Positions 25,092 through 35,458 of a stretch of 64,000 nucleotides of DNA are shown piece after piece (within the stretch, counting starts at the first letter, position 1; the number at the start of each line of letters is the position of its first letter). Source of the stretch: Macrostomum lignano (Eukaryota); contig NIVC01001091.1 in the NCBI GenBank assembly GCA_002269645.1, forward strand, positions 1-64,000. Reading direction: 5' to 3'. Made by a program: the position numbers and the translations under genes. The notes beneath the pieces were generated by a model that worked only from the letters and a program-made list of their open reading frames with translations, was not told where the DNA came from and searched no databases.

Positions 25092-28000
25092 TAGCAACAA
25101 TTATCGCGAATTTCAGGCCTCTGAATTTGTAAATAATGCGTATCGAAGTAATGCCAGACAGTATAGTAACAGCAGAACGCATGCCGAATTCAATAAATTT
25201 CACAGAAAACCAAATAAAAATTTTGCACCTCGTGTACATACGCCGCTTGCACCTAGTCATGCGTCTGCCAGCCACAGTAGGCCGAATAATAAAGTACAAA
25301 GTACAGTAATTCCGAATGAGCATTCGAAGAAAGAATTCGAAGAAGATACGGAGAGAAAAGGACGAGAAGCAGTCGTCAATGGAATGCTAAGAAACCGAAA
25401 GGTCTACTTCCTGCTAGACACAGGAGCTGGACATAATTTCCTAAGCAAGAGTACTTGGAAAAAGATGTTCAGAAGTGATGAAATTGAGTTGACTACTAGA
25501 AGAGTGACTACGTTTGACGGATCAAGTGTGCGAATTGAAGGAGAAGTCAGAACGAAAATACGATTCGGAGAGATAGAGATTGAGACAGAGTTCCTGCTGT
25601 GCAATCACGAGTGTGACGACATACTCGGGATGGAGTTCTTCATGAACTTCTGCGACAGCATCAGCCTTTCCAGAGGAATGCTTGTATTAAAAGAAGGGAC
25701 CTGCATCCCAATTCAGTTTACAAAATTACCCGTACGGGTTTGCCGAATCTACAGCCATAACAGCGTGACTATACCAGCGAATAGCGCTCTTCGAATTCCA
25801 ATTAGAATGACTAAAGGATCAGAAGCTAACTATGGAACGCCAATGGTCATTGACACCATTGGAGGCCAAGTGACTACGAAGAGAAATTCCTTAGAGATGA
25901 TTCCTACTCTAGTGACCATGAACGATGGAACAGGAGTAGTGGAAATAATCAATCGACAGAATGACGATATCAGACTGACAAGATCTACGCTGATTGGAGT
26001 GGCCAAACCCTTGAAGCCAGGAGGCCTGGCCTACTCTATTAACAGCAAAGGTCAAGCCAGTTCAGATGATGCAATTAGGACAGTGAAGAGTGAAGAGAGT
26101 GAGTACAGCTGGATAAACGAGATCGATTTAGGAGAAGAGCTAACATCAGAACAGAAAGGACTAGTGATCGATTTGCTAAAGAAGAACAAGGAAGCATTTT
26201 CGCAGACCAACCAAGACATGGGTCTCACCCATCTTGTGACTCATGAAATATCTCTAAAAGATACCACACCGGTCAGGATTCCAACACGCAGAATTCCACC
26301 ACATCTGCAAAAGCAAGTAGATGAGCAACTTGACGACATGCTTGCTAAGAACCTGATCCGACCATGCTATAGTACTTATTCAACGCCGCTAGTGATAGTT
26401 CCTAAGAAGGATGGATCCATAAGAATCGTCAGTGACTTCAGGGTCCTGAACTCGAGAGTGAACTATTACCCATATCCATTGCCGAACATACAAGAGACTT
26501 TCGCTCAGTTATCTGGAAGCAAGTACTTCAGTAGTCTAGATTTAAACTCTGGATACTGGCAGGTACCTATCAAAGAAGAGCACAAATTTATGACAGCCTT
26601 TTCCACCCTTACCAGAGGCCAGTTCGAATATCAGGTCATGGCACAGGGCTTGTCTAACGCTCCTGGTACATTCCAGAGACTCATGAATTTGGTGCTGATG
26701 GGAATACAGCACAAATTCGCGATGTCGTACATAGATGATATTGTGACATACTCAGAGAAATTCGAAGATCATCTCGGTCATCTGCAAGAAGTATTTCAAA
26801 GACTAATCTCAGCAGGACTAAAATTAAGACCAAAAAAGTGCAACTTGTTTCAGAAAGAGCTAAAGTACTTAGGGCATATCGTAGGAAGAGAAGGGATTAG
26901 AACAGACCCAGCTAAGATCGAAGCGATACAGTCATGGCCTACGCCGAAAGAGGTCAAAGAACTGCGAAGCTTCTTGGGGTTGTGTAACTACTACTGCAGA
27001 TTTGTAAAGAATTACGCAGAGGCAGCGCATCCACTATTTCAATTAACTAAGAAAGGTATTCAAAACTTTAGGGAAAAGTGGACCAAGAAGCATGACGAGG
27101 CTTTCCAGCAGTTGAAGCAGAGAATGACATCGACCGAAGTACTCGCGTACCCAGAATTCTCAGAGAACGAAAATGTTCGAATGGTATTAGACACCGACGC
27201 AAGCGAAGACCGAATTGGTGCTTGCCTGGGTCAAATACAATCGGACGGGGTTGAAAGACCCATTGCTTACTTCAGCAGAGCAATGAAAGAGTCTGAGAAA
27301 AGATATCCGATTACCAGAAAAGAGCTATTAGCGCTAGTAGATGGCATGAAACACTTCCGATTTTACCTAATTGGCAAAAGGTTTCTGGCCCGCACAGACC
27401 ACAAGGCAATTCTATGGCTATTGCGCCAGACCGAAGCCCAAGGAATTCTCGGAAGATGGATTGAAAGACTGAGTGAGTTTCAATACGATATTGAGCACCG
27501 CAGTGGAGCCAAACATTCCAACGCAGATGGATTGTCACGGCGACCCTCGGAACCACCAGTTGAACAGAAAGATGCTAAGATCAAAGAGAATGAGGCCGAA
27601 ATTCCTAAGATGACAATAGAAACCAGCGCTGTGAAACAAGTCGTGACTAGCAGCGTGAAAGATCAGAGTTGCCAGACCGACTTCACAGAAGAGTATGAAT
27701 CAGATTCCGAAGACGAATTCGCAGATGATGAATACGAAGATGCCAGTGATCAGTTCGAAGATGATGATGACATCTATGAAGATGCAAGAGACTATTTCGA
27801 AGAGGAAGAGACAGTGTGCAGAAAGCTTCTGACAGATTACCTCTCGGTTCCATTGAAGAAAGAGCAGCTGACTTCAGCGCAGCATGCTGATCCTTCTATA
27901 AGAACCTTGATGGACTGGAAGCAGAAGAAAGTGCGTGAGCCGAAGTTACCAGAAAATGCATCCGGAGAATTGAAGAAGATGGTTAAGTTCTACGAGCAGA

Positions 28001-29571
28001 TGAAAATCGAAGATGAAATGCTGACAGTCAGTGAAGACGGTAAACGAAAAGTAGTATTGCCAGAGAAGATTGAGAAAGATGTATTCAAAGAGCTGCACGA
28101 CAGTCCGCTAGCAGGCCACCTAGGTCGGGACAAGACGCTACAGCGAGTCCGAGACCGATTCTGGAGGCCGGGGTTAGTGACTGCAGTTGAAAAGTACATC
28201 GCAGAATGCATCCCGTGTCTGGAAAGTAAAAGCGGAAATAAAGTACGAGCACCGGTGCAGACCTTTCCGATATGTGAGCCATTCCATCGGCTGCACATAG
28301 ATTTGATCGGTCCGATATCAAAGGAAAGCAGAAGAGGACACCGATATGTACTTACTGTTGTAGATAGTACAACGAAGTTCCCATTCGCTTTTCCGGTTCG
28401 GAATCAGAAATCCGCTACTGTTATCAAAACGATACAAGAGAGAATTTTCAGCGAGTATGGCCAGTGCCAATGGATACACACTGATAATGGCAAGACTTTT
28501 GTAAGTCACCAATTTCAGGCATTCTGTACCCTATACGGCATTAAGCATACTTGCACTACGCCTTACCATGCTCAGAGTAACGGGCTTGTCGAAAGATTTA
28601 ACAAGCAAATTAAATCGATTGTAACCTGTTTGATTGAAAAGGATCATTCAGATTGGGATCTGCTCATACCCGCCGCTTTGGTAGCTGTGCGAACCAGTGT
28701 TAATCAAACTACTGGGTTCACACCACACTACTTACTATTCGGGAGAGAAGCAGATTTGCCAATAGATAGCATTGTGAAAAGGCCAAGACTATACCGAGAC
28801 TATCCTAGTTATGTGCTGGATCATGCGAAGAGAATCGAGGAGACAAAAGCAATTGTGCGAAGACAACTCGAAAAGGTGCGAGAGAAAAGGCAAGAGGACG
28901 AAGTTGAGAATCGTCAGCCTAAAAATGTGCCAGTTGGCTGTCTCGCTCTCATCAACAACCCTCAACTTCACCAAGAGGAGAGCCACAAGTTTCATCGAAA
29001 GAAGAGAGCAGCCTATCGAGTACTTGCGAAGATATCAGACACAGTGTTCCGTGTGCAAAGAGAAATCAATGGCGAAAGGAGCGGAGAAAAACTATTAGTA
29101 CATAGAAATAATCTGACTCCAGTGCCGAAATCCGAAATTGATTTACCAGAGGAAATTAATAATAATTTAAAACCAGCACCAGTGTCAACTAAGAAGAAGG
29201 AACCGCCGAAGCCGAAGAAAAGAATTTGCCATAGACAAAAAGAAGTTAGAATTCTAGAAGTTCAAATTTTAGAGGAAAGCTCAGACGAAGAAAACAGAAT
29301 TCAATGGAGAGTATTCGCAGATCCGAATTCGCAGAGTGAAAACGAAGGAAATGAAGAATTGAACAGTGAGAATACAGAGAGAGCGACTGACTCAGATGAG
29401 CCATCAGAAGAAGAGGAAGGAGCATTAGAGTTAGAGGAGGAACGTGCTAACACAGTAGGAGGCTATAATTTGAGACCCCGAGACAATAGAGTGACTCAGC
29501 AAGAGAGAGAGAGAGAAGGCGCGACAGGATTTGTGCCCCGAAGGCGCTATGCGAGATATTTAGCACCTTAA
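25048..29571 (+). CDS. pol: Pol (protease, reverse transcriptase, RNase H, integrase); probably made as a Gag-Pol fusion; first in-frame ATG at 25384
   Basis: LLDTGA protease; LDLNSGYWQ and YIDD in RT; LDTDAS..ELLA..TDH in RNase H; H-x6-H..C-x2-C, HIDLIGP, TDNG, SNGLVERFN and GFTPHYLLFG in integrase. Uninterrupted 1395-aa ORF. Confidence 0.96.
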   Translation, partial: GKLSSEGRFARPRPSSNNYREFQASEFVNNAYRSNARQYSNSRTHAEFNKFHRKPNKNFAPRVHTPLAPSHASASHSRPNNKVQSTVIPNEHSKKEFEEDTERKGREAVVNGMLRNRKVYFLLDTGAGHNFLSKSTWKKMFRSDEIELTTRRVTTFDGSSVRIEGEVRTKIRFGEIEIETEFLLCNHECDDILGMEFFMNFCDSISLSRGMLVLKEGTCIPIQFTKLPVRVCRIYSHNSVTIPANSALRIPIRMTKGSEANYGTPMVIDTIGGQVTTKRNSLEMIPTLVTMNDGTGVVEIINRQNDDIRLTRSTLIGVAKPLKPGGLAYSINSKGQASSDDAIRTVKSEESEYSWINEIDLGEELTSEQKGLVIDLLKKNKEAFSQTNQDMGLTHLVTHEISLKDTTPVRIPTRRIPPHLQKQVDEQLDDMLAKNLIRPCYSTYSTPLVIVPKKDGSIRIVSDFRVLNSRVNYYPYPLPNIQETFAQLSGSKYFSSLDLNSGYWQVPIKEEHKFMTAFSTLTRGQFEYQVMAQGLSNAPGTFQRLMNLVLMGIQHKFAMSYIDDIVTYSEKFEDHLGHLQEVFQRLISAGLKLRPKKCNLFQKELKYLGHIVGREGIRTDPAKIEAIQSWPTPKEVKELRSFLGLCNYYCRFVKNYAEAAHPLFQLTKKGIQNFREKWTKKHDEAFQQLKQRMTSTEVLAYPEFSENENVRMVLDTDASEDRIGACLGQIQSDGVERPIAYFSRAMKESEKRYPITRKELLALVDGMKHFRFYLIGKRFLARTDHKAILWLLRQTEAQGILGRWIERLSEFQYDIEHRSGAKHSNADGLSRRPSEPPVEQKDAKIKENEAEIPKMTIETSAVKQVVTSSVKDQSCQTDFTEEYESDSEDEFADDEYEDASDQFEDDDDIYEDARDYFEEEETVCRKLLTDYLSVPLKKEQLTSAQHADPSIRTLMDWKQKKVREPKLPENASGELKKMVKFYEQMKIEDEMLTVSEDGKRKVVLPEKIEKDVFKELHDSPLAGHLGRDKTLQRVRDRFWRPGLVTAVEKYIAECIPCLESKSGNKVRAPVQTFPICEPFHRLHIDLIGPISKESRRGHRYVLTVVDSTTKFPFAFPVRNQKSATVIKTIQERIFSEYGQCQWIHTDNGKTFVSHQFQAFCTLYGIKHTCTTPYHAQSNGLVERFNKQIKSIVTCLIEKDHSDWDLLIPAALVAVRTSVNQTTGFTPHYLLFGREADLPIDSIVKRPRLYRDYPSYVLDHAKRIEETKAIVRRQLEKVREKRQEDEVENRQPKNVPVGCLALINNPQLHQEESHKFHRKKRAAYRVLAKISDTVFRVQREINGERSGEKLLVHRNNLTPVPKSEIDLPEEINNNLKPAPVSTKKKEPPKPKKRICHRQKEVRILEVQILEESSDEENRIQWRVFADPNSQSENEGNEELNSENTERATDSDEPSEEEEGALELEEERANTVGGYNLRPRDNRVTQQEREREGATGFVPRRRYARYLAP

Positions 29572-29820
29572 ACCATGACGTAAGCAATTTCCCATAAGAA
29601 ACAGTGTTAAATAGTTAAATTTCCGTATTGGAATTACTTATCTGCTTATAAAATTTGACATGCTGTACATAGAGCGAATCTGTAAATACCATATTAATCT
29701 ACAAAATGCGATCTTTAATTTGATACTTTACTCAAGAAAATTTATCAAAAAATAAAAAAGTTATAAAAATAAATAGAAAATCCATAAAAAATTAGTTGTC
29801 AAATCTGTCAAATCTGGCAT

Positions 29821-29957
29821 GCCCCGCCCCACGCGCGAGGGGAGTGCTTCGAAGAGGTCCAGTTTTTCGGCCCGCCAGCCTATAAATACGAGCTCCCCGC
29901 AGGCCCCACAGATCCCATAGCTCACTGCTAGCTTCCTTTCTATTCTAAGAGTCATTC
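29821..29957 (+). promoter_or_regulatory. Putative internal promoter / splice acceptor for ORF3
   Basis: GC box CCCCGCCCC (29822-30), TATAAATA (29881-88), pyrimidine tract + AG (29948-49), TCATTC Inr-like (29952-57), ATG at 29970. Confidence 0.55.
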
Positions 29958-29969
29958 GAAGAGAACCAT

Positions 29970-30875
29970 ATGGATAACTCAGTCGACATTCTGCAAGAGT
30001 TAATCGGTGACCTGTCCGAAGAGATTGAGCCTCAGCCGGAGCCTAATGTTGACGAGAACGAGGCGCCGCTACGTTGTCCAACAAGACCAAAGGCGCCTGG
30101 TGTAAGCAACAAAAGACCGAGGGCATCGCCACGAGCATCATCGCCTTGCCGCCAATTAAACGTGGATGGCCCAGAGCAAAAGCGAGCCGCCTTGCTGACA
30201 ACACAGGCAGCGGCGCCCATTCGTTCGTACGTTATCAAGGCCACGCCAGGCTCGTCAACAGCAGGAAGAACGCAGCAGCTAGTGTCGCCGCCATCTGCCC
30301 CGCCATCGAAGAAGCCTCCAGCACCGCGGCGGAAGAAGCCCGAGGCCGCGCCAACAACGGCTCAACAGCCGCCGAGTCTGCCGGCAGCTCCGCAGCCAGT
30401 TTCACTGCCGAACCAGCAGCCAGCTCAACAGTCACCGAGTCTGCAGGCAGTTCCGCAGCTAGCTCCACAGCCAGCTCTGCAGCCGAGTCAACAACCAGCT
30501 TCGCAGCCGCCGACACCGCAGCAAGACTATCATCGAATTGTCCGAAAGCTTGTAGAGACTCGTGGATCTGAGGTCGAGAAATTGCACTTCCATATTGAGC
30601 AGTACTCGCTGAAGGTCGCGTACCATCGATCTGACATGCGGCAGCGATATCCTCAAGGGTCTCAGATCTGGCAGCACCTGAAGTTCCTTAGGGAACAGTT
30701 CAGCCACCAAGAAGCGGTTGCGATTCTGCAAGATGTCGCCCATCGTATCCAAAGGGCCAGGCAAGTCAACCCGCCACCTTCGCTAGCTGTACTAGACGAG
30801 GAGTACAACTGGTTCTTCTCTCAAATCGGCTGGCCTTATTACCGTGATCTACCTGAACCATGCAAATTTATTTGA
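29970..30875 (+). CDS. Retrotransposon accessory ORF3 (301 aa), not Env; function unknown
   Basis: Intact sense ORF between pol and the 3' LTR. Acidic N-terminal helix, basic NLS-like clusters, Pro/Gln/Ala-rich middle and a roughly 115-aa ordered-looking C-terminus; no signal peptide or TM segment. Confidence 0.8.
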   Translation: MDNSVDILQELIGDLSEEIEPQPEPNVDENEAPLRCPTRPKAPGVSNKRPRASPRASSPCRQLNVDGPEQKRAALLTTQAAAPIRSYVIKATPGSSTAGRTQQLVSPPSAPPSKKPPAPRRKKPEAAPTTAQQPPSLPAAPQPVSLPNQQPAQQSPSLQAVPQLAPQPALQPSQQPASQPPTPQQDYHRIVRKLVETRGSEVEKLHFHIEQYSLKVAYHRSDMRQRYPQGSQIWQHLKFLREQFSHQEAVAILQDVAHRIQRARQVNPPPSLAVLDEEYNWFFSQIGWPYYRDLPEPCKFI

Positions 30876-31154
30876 GCTGAACTATTGAGGTGAACTAACT
30901 TTTGCGTTGCCTTTAATAACAATTTTGCCTTTTATAATACTTTTATAATAGTTCGTTTTGCTTCCATAATAGTTCTCACTTTAATGGTTTACCTACATAA
31001 TAGTTCTATCACAACCATTTTATGCACCAATTGTTTTAGCACTGAATTGTGTTTTCTGCACCTTGCTTTGCACCTTTTCACCTGCATTTTCCTACGATAT
31101 CAATTTTTTCACTGTATACATATAATATAGTATTTCGTTCAAAATTTGATATAT

Positions 31155-31166
31155 AGAGGAGGAAAG
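31155..31166 (+). other. Polypurine tract AGAGGAGGAAAG
   Basis: 1 nt before the 3' LTR. Confidence 0.9.
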
Positions 31167-31167
31167 T

Positions 31168-31935
31168 TGTACTAGTGCTATGCCTTTATCATAGTATACT
31201 CGAATGTTCTTTCAATGTAATAACTGTATATTCGAATCTTTCTTAGAAACTGAATCTACGCGAACGCCAAATAATAGTTTGTTTTAATGCGCGAAATAAA
31301 TTGGAGAATTATTTTTTTGTTTTAATCGTATGTGGGGAAAATCACTATATATAGGAGCGGTTTTGCGACAAATATACTCTAACTGTCTTTTACTCGTGAG
31401 CAAATAATTGCGAACAGAATAAGCAGTTCAATCTAAACCATTTCAAAGTCTTTGAGCTAAATAGCGACTTATTTATTTGCAAAACCTGTGAAACGATTCT
31501 AAGAAATTTGCTAAGAGAAGGGAATTGGGACTAATTCTTGGAGATATACCAAGAGAGGCGCCGTGACCCTCTAGTCTCGGTGAACGCCCGATTAGGACTA
31601 TACACTAATACATATACCAGTACTAGACCGCTCAGGCCATAAGCTACTAGAACGCTACCAGAAAGCAAGCCATAAGCTACCAGAAACGCTACTAAGAACG
31701 CTACCAGAAACGCTACTAAGAACGCTACCCAGAAATATTTAAATGAAATTCTAAGAAATAGTTAGGGAGTAAAAGCAAGTATAGTCAGGATAACTGTAGT
31801 TGGCAAATCGGTGGGATTAAAATTGATAAAGTAAGAGGTGAAAGGCCTGTAACAACTTTGGTGGCAGCTCGTAGGATATTTAATAAACACTAATAGTTAG
31901 AAGTTTAGAAAGACAGAGCCAAAAGGCCTGTCACA
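31168..31935 (+). repeat. 3' LTR
   Basis: Copy of 23184-23951 at a constant offset of 7984. Confidence 0.95.
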
Positions 31936-32620
31936 ATTTAATTGCTTTATAAAAGTTTTTCTTTCACATTACTAAGTATATCAAGTATATTAAAAAAATC
32001 TAATAGATTTATAGCAAACAATAAATTAAATTGTTTCAAAAGCAGATGACCAAGTTTAATACTATGATTTTATTTTTCTGATATCCCAGTTGTAACAGAT
32101 TTGTCTCCCAATTTTTCAACATTTAAAATTTGAGAATTAGTTCTATTTTAGCTTTATCCTTAATGCATGCAAGAGAAGAGATCTTTATTGTTCTTTTCTT
32201 AAATTTCAATGCAAAAGCTAAAAGTAATGAGTAGTAATAGTGAGTTGAAAGTGTCCACTTCTTGTGGATATACCCAAGAAATATTTTCTTGTTTAAAGTA
32301 ATTTAAAATACAAAACTACAGTAGAAGCAAAAACTTGAAACTAACAAACTGGTATTTCTATAGTTGTAGCCACTGGAGCAGAATCTGCTTTAGATTTTAG
32401 CATAGTTACCATAGCAGTCACCTATTGCCAATAGTTAAAATTAGAACACAAATATTAGTTAGACTTATTGTGACTATGAGAATATTTAACTCTACACCAG
32501 AAATAAAAACTAGACATTTACAAGAATCATATAAATATTGGCTTTTATTGCAGCTTGTATATTATCTGTATAAGCAATTAGTTCGATTACTAGCTTAATA
32601 AATAAAACAACCAACTAGCC

Positions 32621-35458
32621 ATGAGCGGCAGTGCAGCAGTGGCAGCCTCAGCCGAGCCAGAGAAGCCAGCAGAGCCCAAGGAGGCCGAAGCCGATTCTGG
32701 AGCTGTTCGTAAGCCGAACGATTCTCGATTTCATCAGCAGAGGCTGCCCGCATGGCAACCGTTGCTAACGGCCAAGCCCGCATTCTGTCTGTTCTTCATC
32801 ATCGGTATTGTGTTCGTACCATTGGGCGCGTTTTTGTTGACAACTTCTCAATCGGTTGAAGAGATCAAAACTGACTATACAAATTGCAAGAATGGATCCA
32901 GCTTCTGTCTGGCACTGGTAAGATATTAGCATTTGTCTGTTAGGTTCCCTGAGGCTGTAAGGCAGAGTTTTCTTTGTTGGAGGCGCCATTTCACTTGATT
33001 AGGCGCCATTTCAATTGACTAGGTGCCATTTCACTTGATTAGGCGCCATTTCACTTTGACTAGGCGCTATTTCAATTGATTAGGCGCCATTTTATTTCAC
33101 TAGGCGCCATTTTATTTGACTAGGCGCCATTTCACTTGACTAGGCGCCATTTCATTTCACCAGGCGCCATTTCATTTGACTAGGCGCCATTTCACTTGAC
33201 TAATCGCTCACGAAACAAAATATCACGATGATCTTCATTGTTTTATGCTTTCAAAGCTTGTGTCATTGAATGGTCTCTGCTGGTACAACCTAGCTGGTGT
33301 CCTTAGTTGACCTCTGTTGTTGCAACATGCTTATGTCCTGAAATGACCTTTTCCGGTATTAAAGCTGCTAATTGCCCACTGATTTCATTCCAGGTGAGCA
33401 CGCCAGAATACTACGCCAACTTCCAGAGCTGCCAGTGCATGGTGGACATCAAACTGCCCAACAACCTGACTGGCCAGGTGTACGCCTATTACGCCCTGAC
33501 TAATTTCTATCAGAATCATCGGCGCTACGTTAAAAGCCGGGACGACGGCCAACTGCAGGGCACAAAGATGGACAACCTGCTGGATGACTGCAATCCCTAT
33601 AGGCAGAGCCCGTCTGGCCAGTGGTACGCTCCCTGCGGCGCCATCGCTAATAGCCTATTCAACGACACGTTCCAGCTGTTCTACAACCGGCCAGACGGCT
33701 CCGGCCGGGTAGCCGTGCCCTGGACCTCTACCGGCATAGCCTGGGACAGCGATCGGGCCCGCAAATTTGCTCGCATCAGTTCGTGGAATAATACCGTTAA
33801 GCCTGTGAATTGGCCCAAGTCGGCTAAGGAGAGGAATGCCGACGCTTATCAGGTTAGGGTTGGCAACTTGACGAGGAGATCAGGTCCTTAAATGACCTTT
33901 CATATCAGTGACGTTTGTTTTGAAGTTTGTATGATTTTCGAGCCGGTGTCCTTGAATGACCTTTACAGGTGCAACTTGCACTGTGTCCTTGAATGACCTT
34001 TACAGGTGCAACTTGCACTATGTCCTTGAATGACCTTTACAGGTGCAACTTGCACTGTGTCCTTGAATGACCTTTACAGGTGCAACTTGCACTGTGTCCT
34101 TGAATGACCTTTACAGGTGCAACTTGCACTGTGTCCTTGAATGACCTTTACAGGTGCAACTTGCACTGTGTCCTTGAATGACCTTTACAGGTGCAACTTG
34201 CACTGTGTCCTTGAATGACCTTTACAGGTGCAACTTGCACTGTGTCCTTGAATGACCTTTACAGGTGCAACTTGCACTGTGTCCTTGAATGACCTTTACA
34301 GGTGCAACTTGCACTGTGTCCTTGAATGACCTTTACAGGTGCAACTTGCACTGTGTCCTTGAATGACCTTTACAGGTGCAACTTGCACTGTGTCCTTGAA
34401 TGACCTTTACAGGTGCAACTTGCACTGTGTCCTTGAATGACCTTTACAGGTGCAGCTTTCACTGTGTCCTTGAATGACCTTTACAGGTGCAACTTGCACT
34501 GTGTCCTTGAATGACCTTTACAGGTGCAACTTGCACTGTGTCCTTGAATAGCCTTCACTTTACCAGGCACTACTTCAACTTATGCGGTGTCTTTGAAAAA
34601 TGTTTTTAAAGTTCAATTTAGGCTTCTGTCATTAAAAGACCAATTTCTGGATCTACTTAAAATGGTTACAGGTATTCCCGCCTTCCTGATGGACCTACAT
34701 ACACGGTTGTAGATTTTACTGGTGTCCCTAATAATAATAATTGATTACACCTGCCCTATTGGGCCAGATGTGCAACCGACAGCTCAGCCGCAGCTATTGC
34801 GCGGCGAATCTGAAGGCTGCGTACGGCTGTTCAGTCCAAGGACTGGGGGCTCGCCGCACACACCCTCAATTACCCCAGCTAATGCTGGCACCCATTTTAC
34901 AACTGGGTGAACTGGAGCAATGCAGAGTTAAGTGTCTTGCTCAAGGACACAAATTGTTCCAGTGGGATCGGGAATCGAACCCCCGACGCTCTAACCACTA
35001 GGCTACATCCCATGGTGTCCCTAGATGACCTAAATTACCTGCTTAGTGTCTTTAAATGGTCTCTTTTCCACTGCAACATAGGCAAATCGATTGTCCTCAA
35101 ATAAGCTTATGTTTCGGCTTCCTTAACCCGTGCCCTTTAGGGTGACGAAGAGCTAATAGTCTGGATGCGAACCGCCGCCTTGCCATCGTTTCGCAAGCTG
35201 CACCGCATCATACAGCACGATTCGGCTGCAACGAATCTGTTCAAAGACGGCCTGCCTGCCGGCAACTATTCGCTAGTGGTTAACTACGCCTACCCTGTCA
35301 GCTCGTTTGCCGGCACCAAGTCTTTCATATTGACAACTTCAACTTGGCTGGGCGGCCGGAATCCCGCTCTCGGCATTATCTACCTGGTTGTTGGCTCTCT
35401 GCACGTTATTCTTGGCATCATCTTTGTGGGAGTTTTTCTCTACTCGAGAAAGAAGTGA
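32621..35458 (+). CDS. TMEM30A: CDC50/TMEM30 P4-ATPase flippase beta subunit (about 357 aa); exons 32621-32917, 33394-33852, 35141-35458
   Basis: FHQQRLPAWQP, YYALTNFYQNHRRYVKSRDD.QL, PCGAIANSLFNDTF, GIAWDSD, VWMRTAALPSFRKL, WLGGRNPALGI; splice phases are consistent. Confidence 0.93.
32983..33205. repeat. 20-21-bp minisatellite (TAGGCGCCATTTCACTTGAY)
   Basis: Direct reading; TMEM30 intron 1. Confidence 0.9.
33945..34550. repeat. 37-bp minisatellite (GTGTCCTTGAATGACCTTTACAGGTGCAACTTGCACT) x about 16
   Basis: Direct reading; TMEM30 intron 2. Confidence 0.95.
34729..35011 (-). mobile_element. tRNA-derived SINE, copy 3 (internal deletion in the tRNA head, (TTA)n tail)
   Basis: High similarity to 7759-8059. 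Confidence 0.85.

Larger units (their letters stand above)
23184..31935 (+). mobile_element. Full-length Ty3/Gypsy LTR retrotransposon (8752 bp)
   Basis: Two 768-bp TG..CA LTRs, TSD ATTT (23180-23183, 31936-31939), PBS, PPT, gag, and pol in PR-RT-RH-IN order. Confidence 0.97.

Noticed and set aside
29970-30875. ORF3 as env
   Set aside because: No signal peptide, furin site, fusion peptide or TM anchor.
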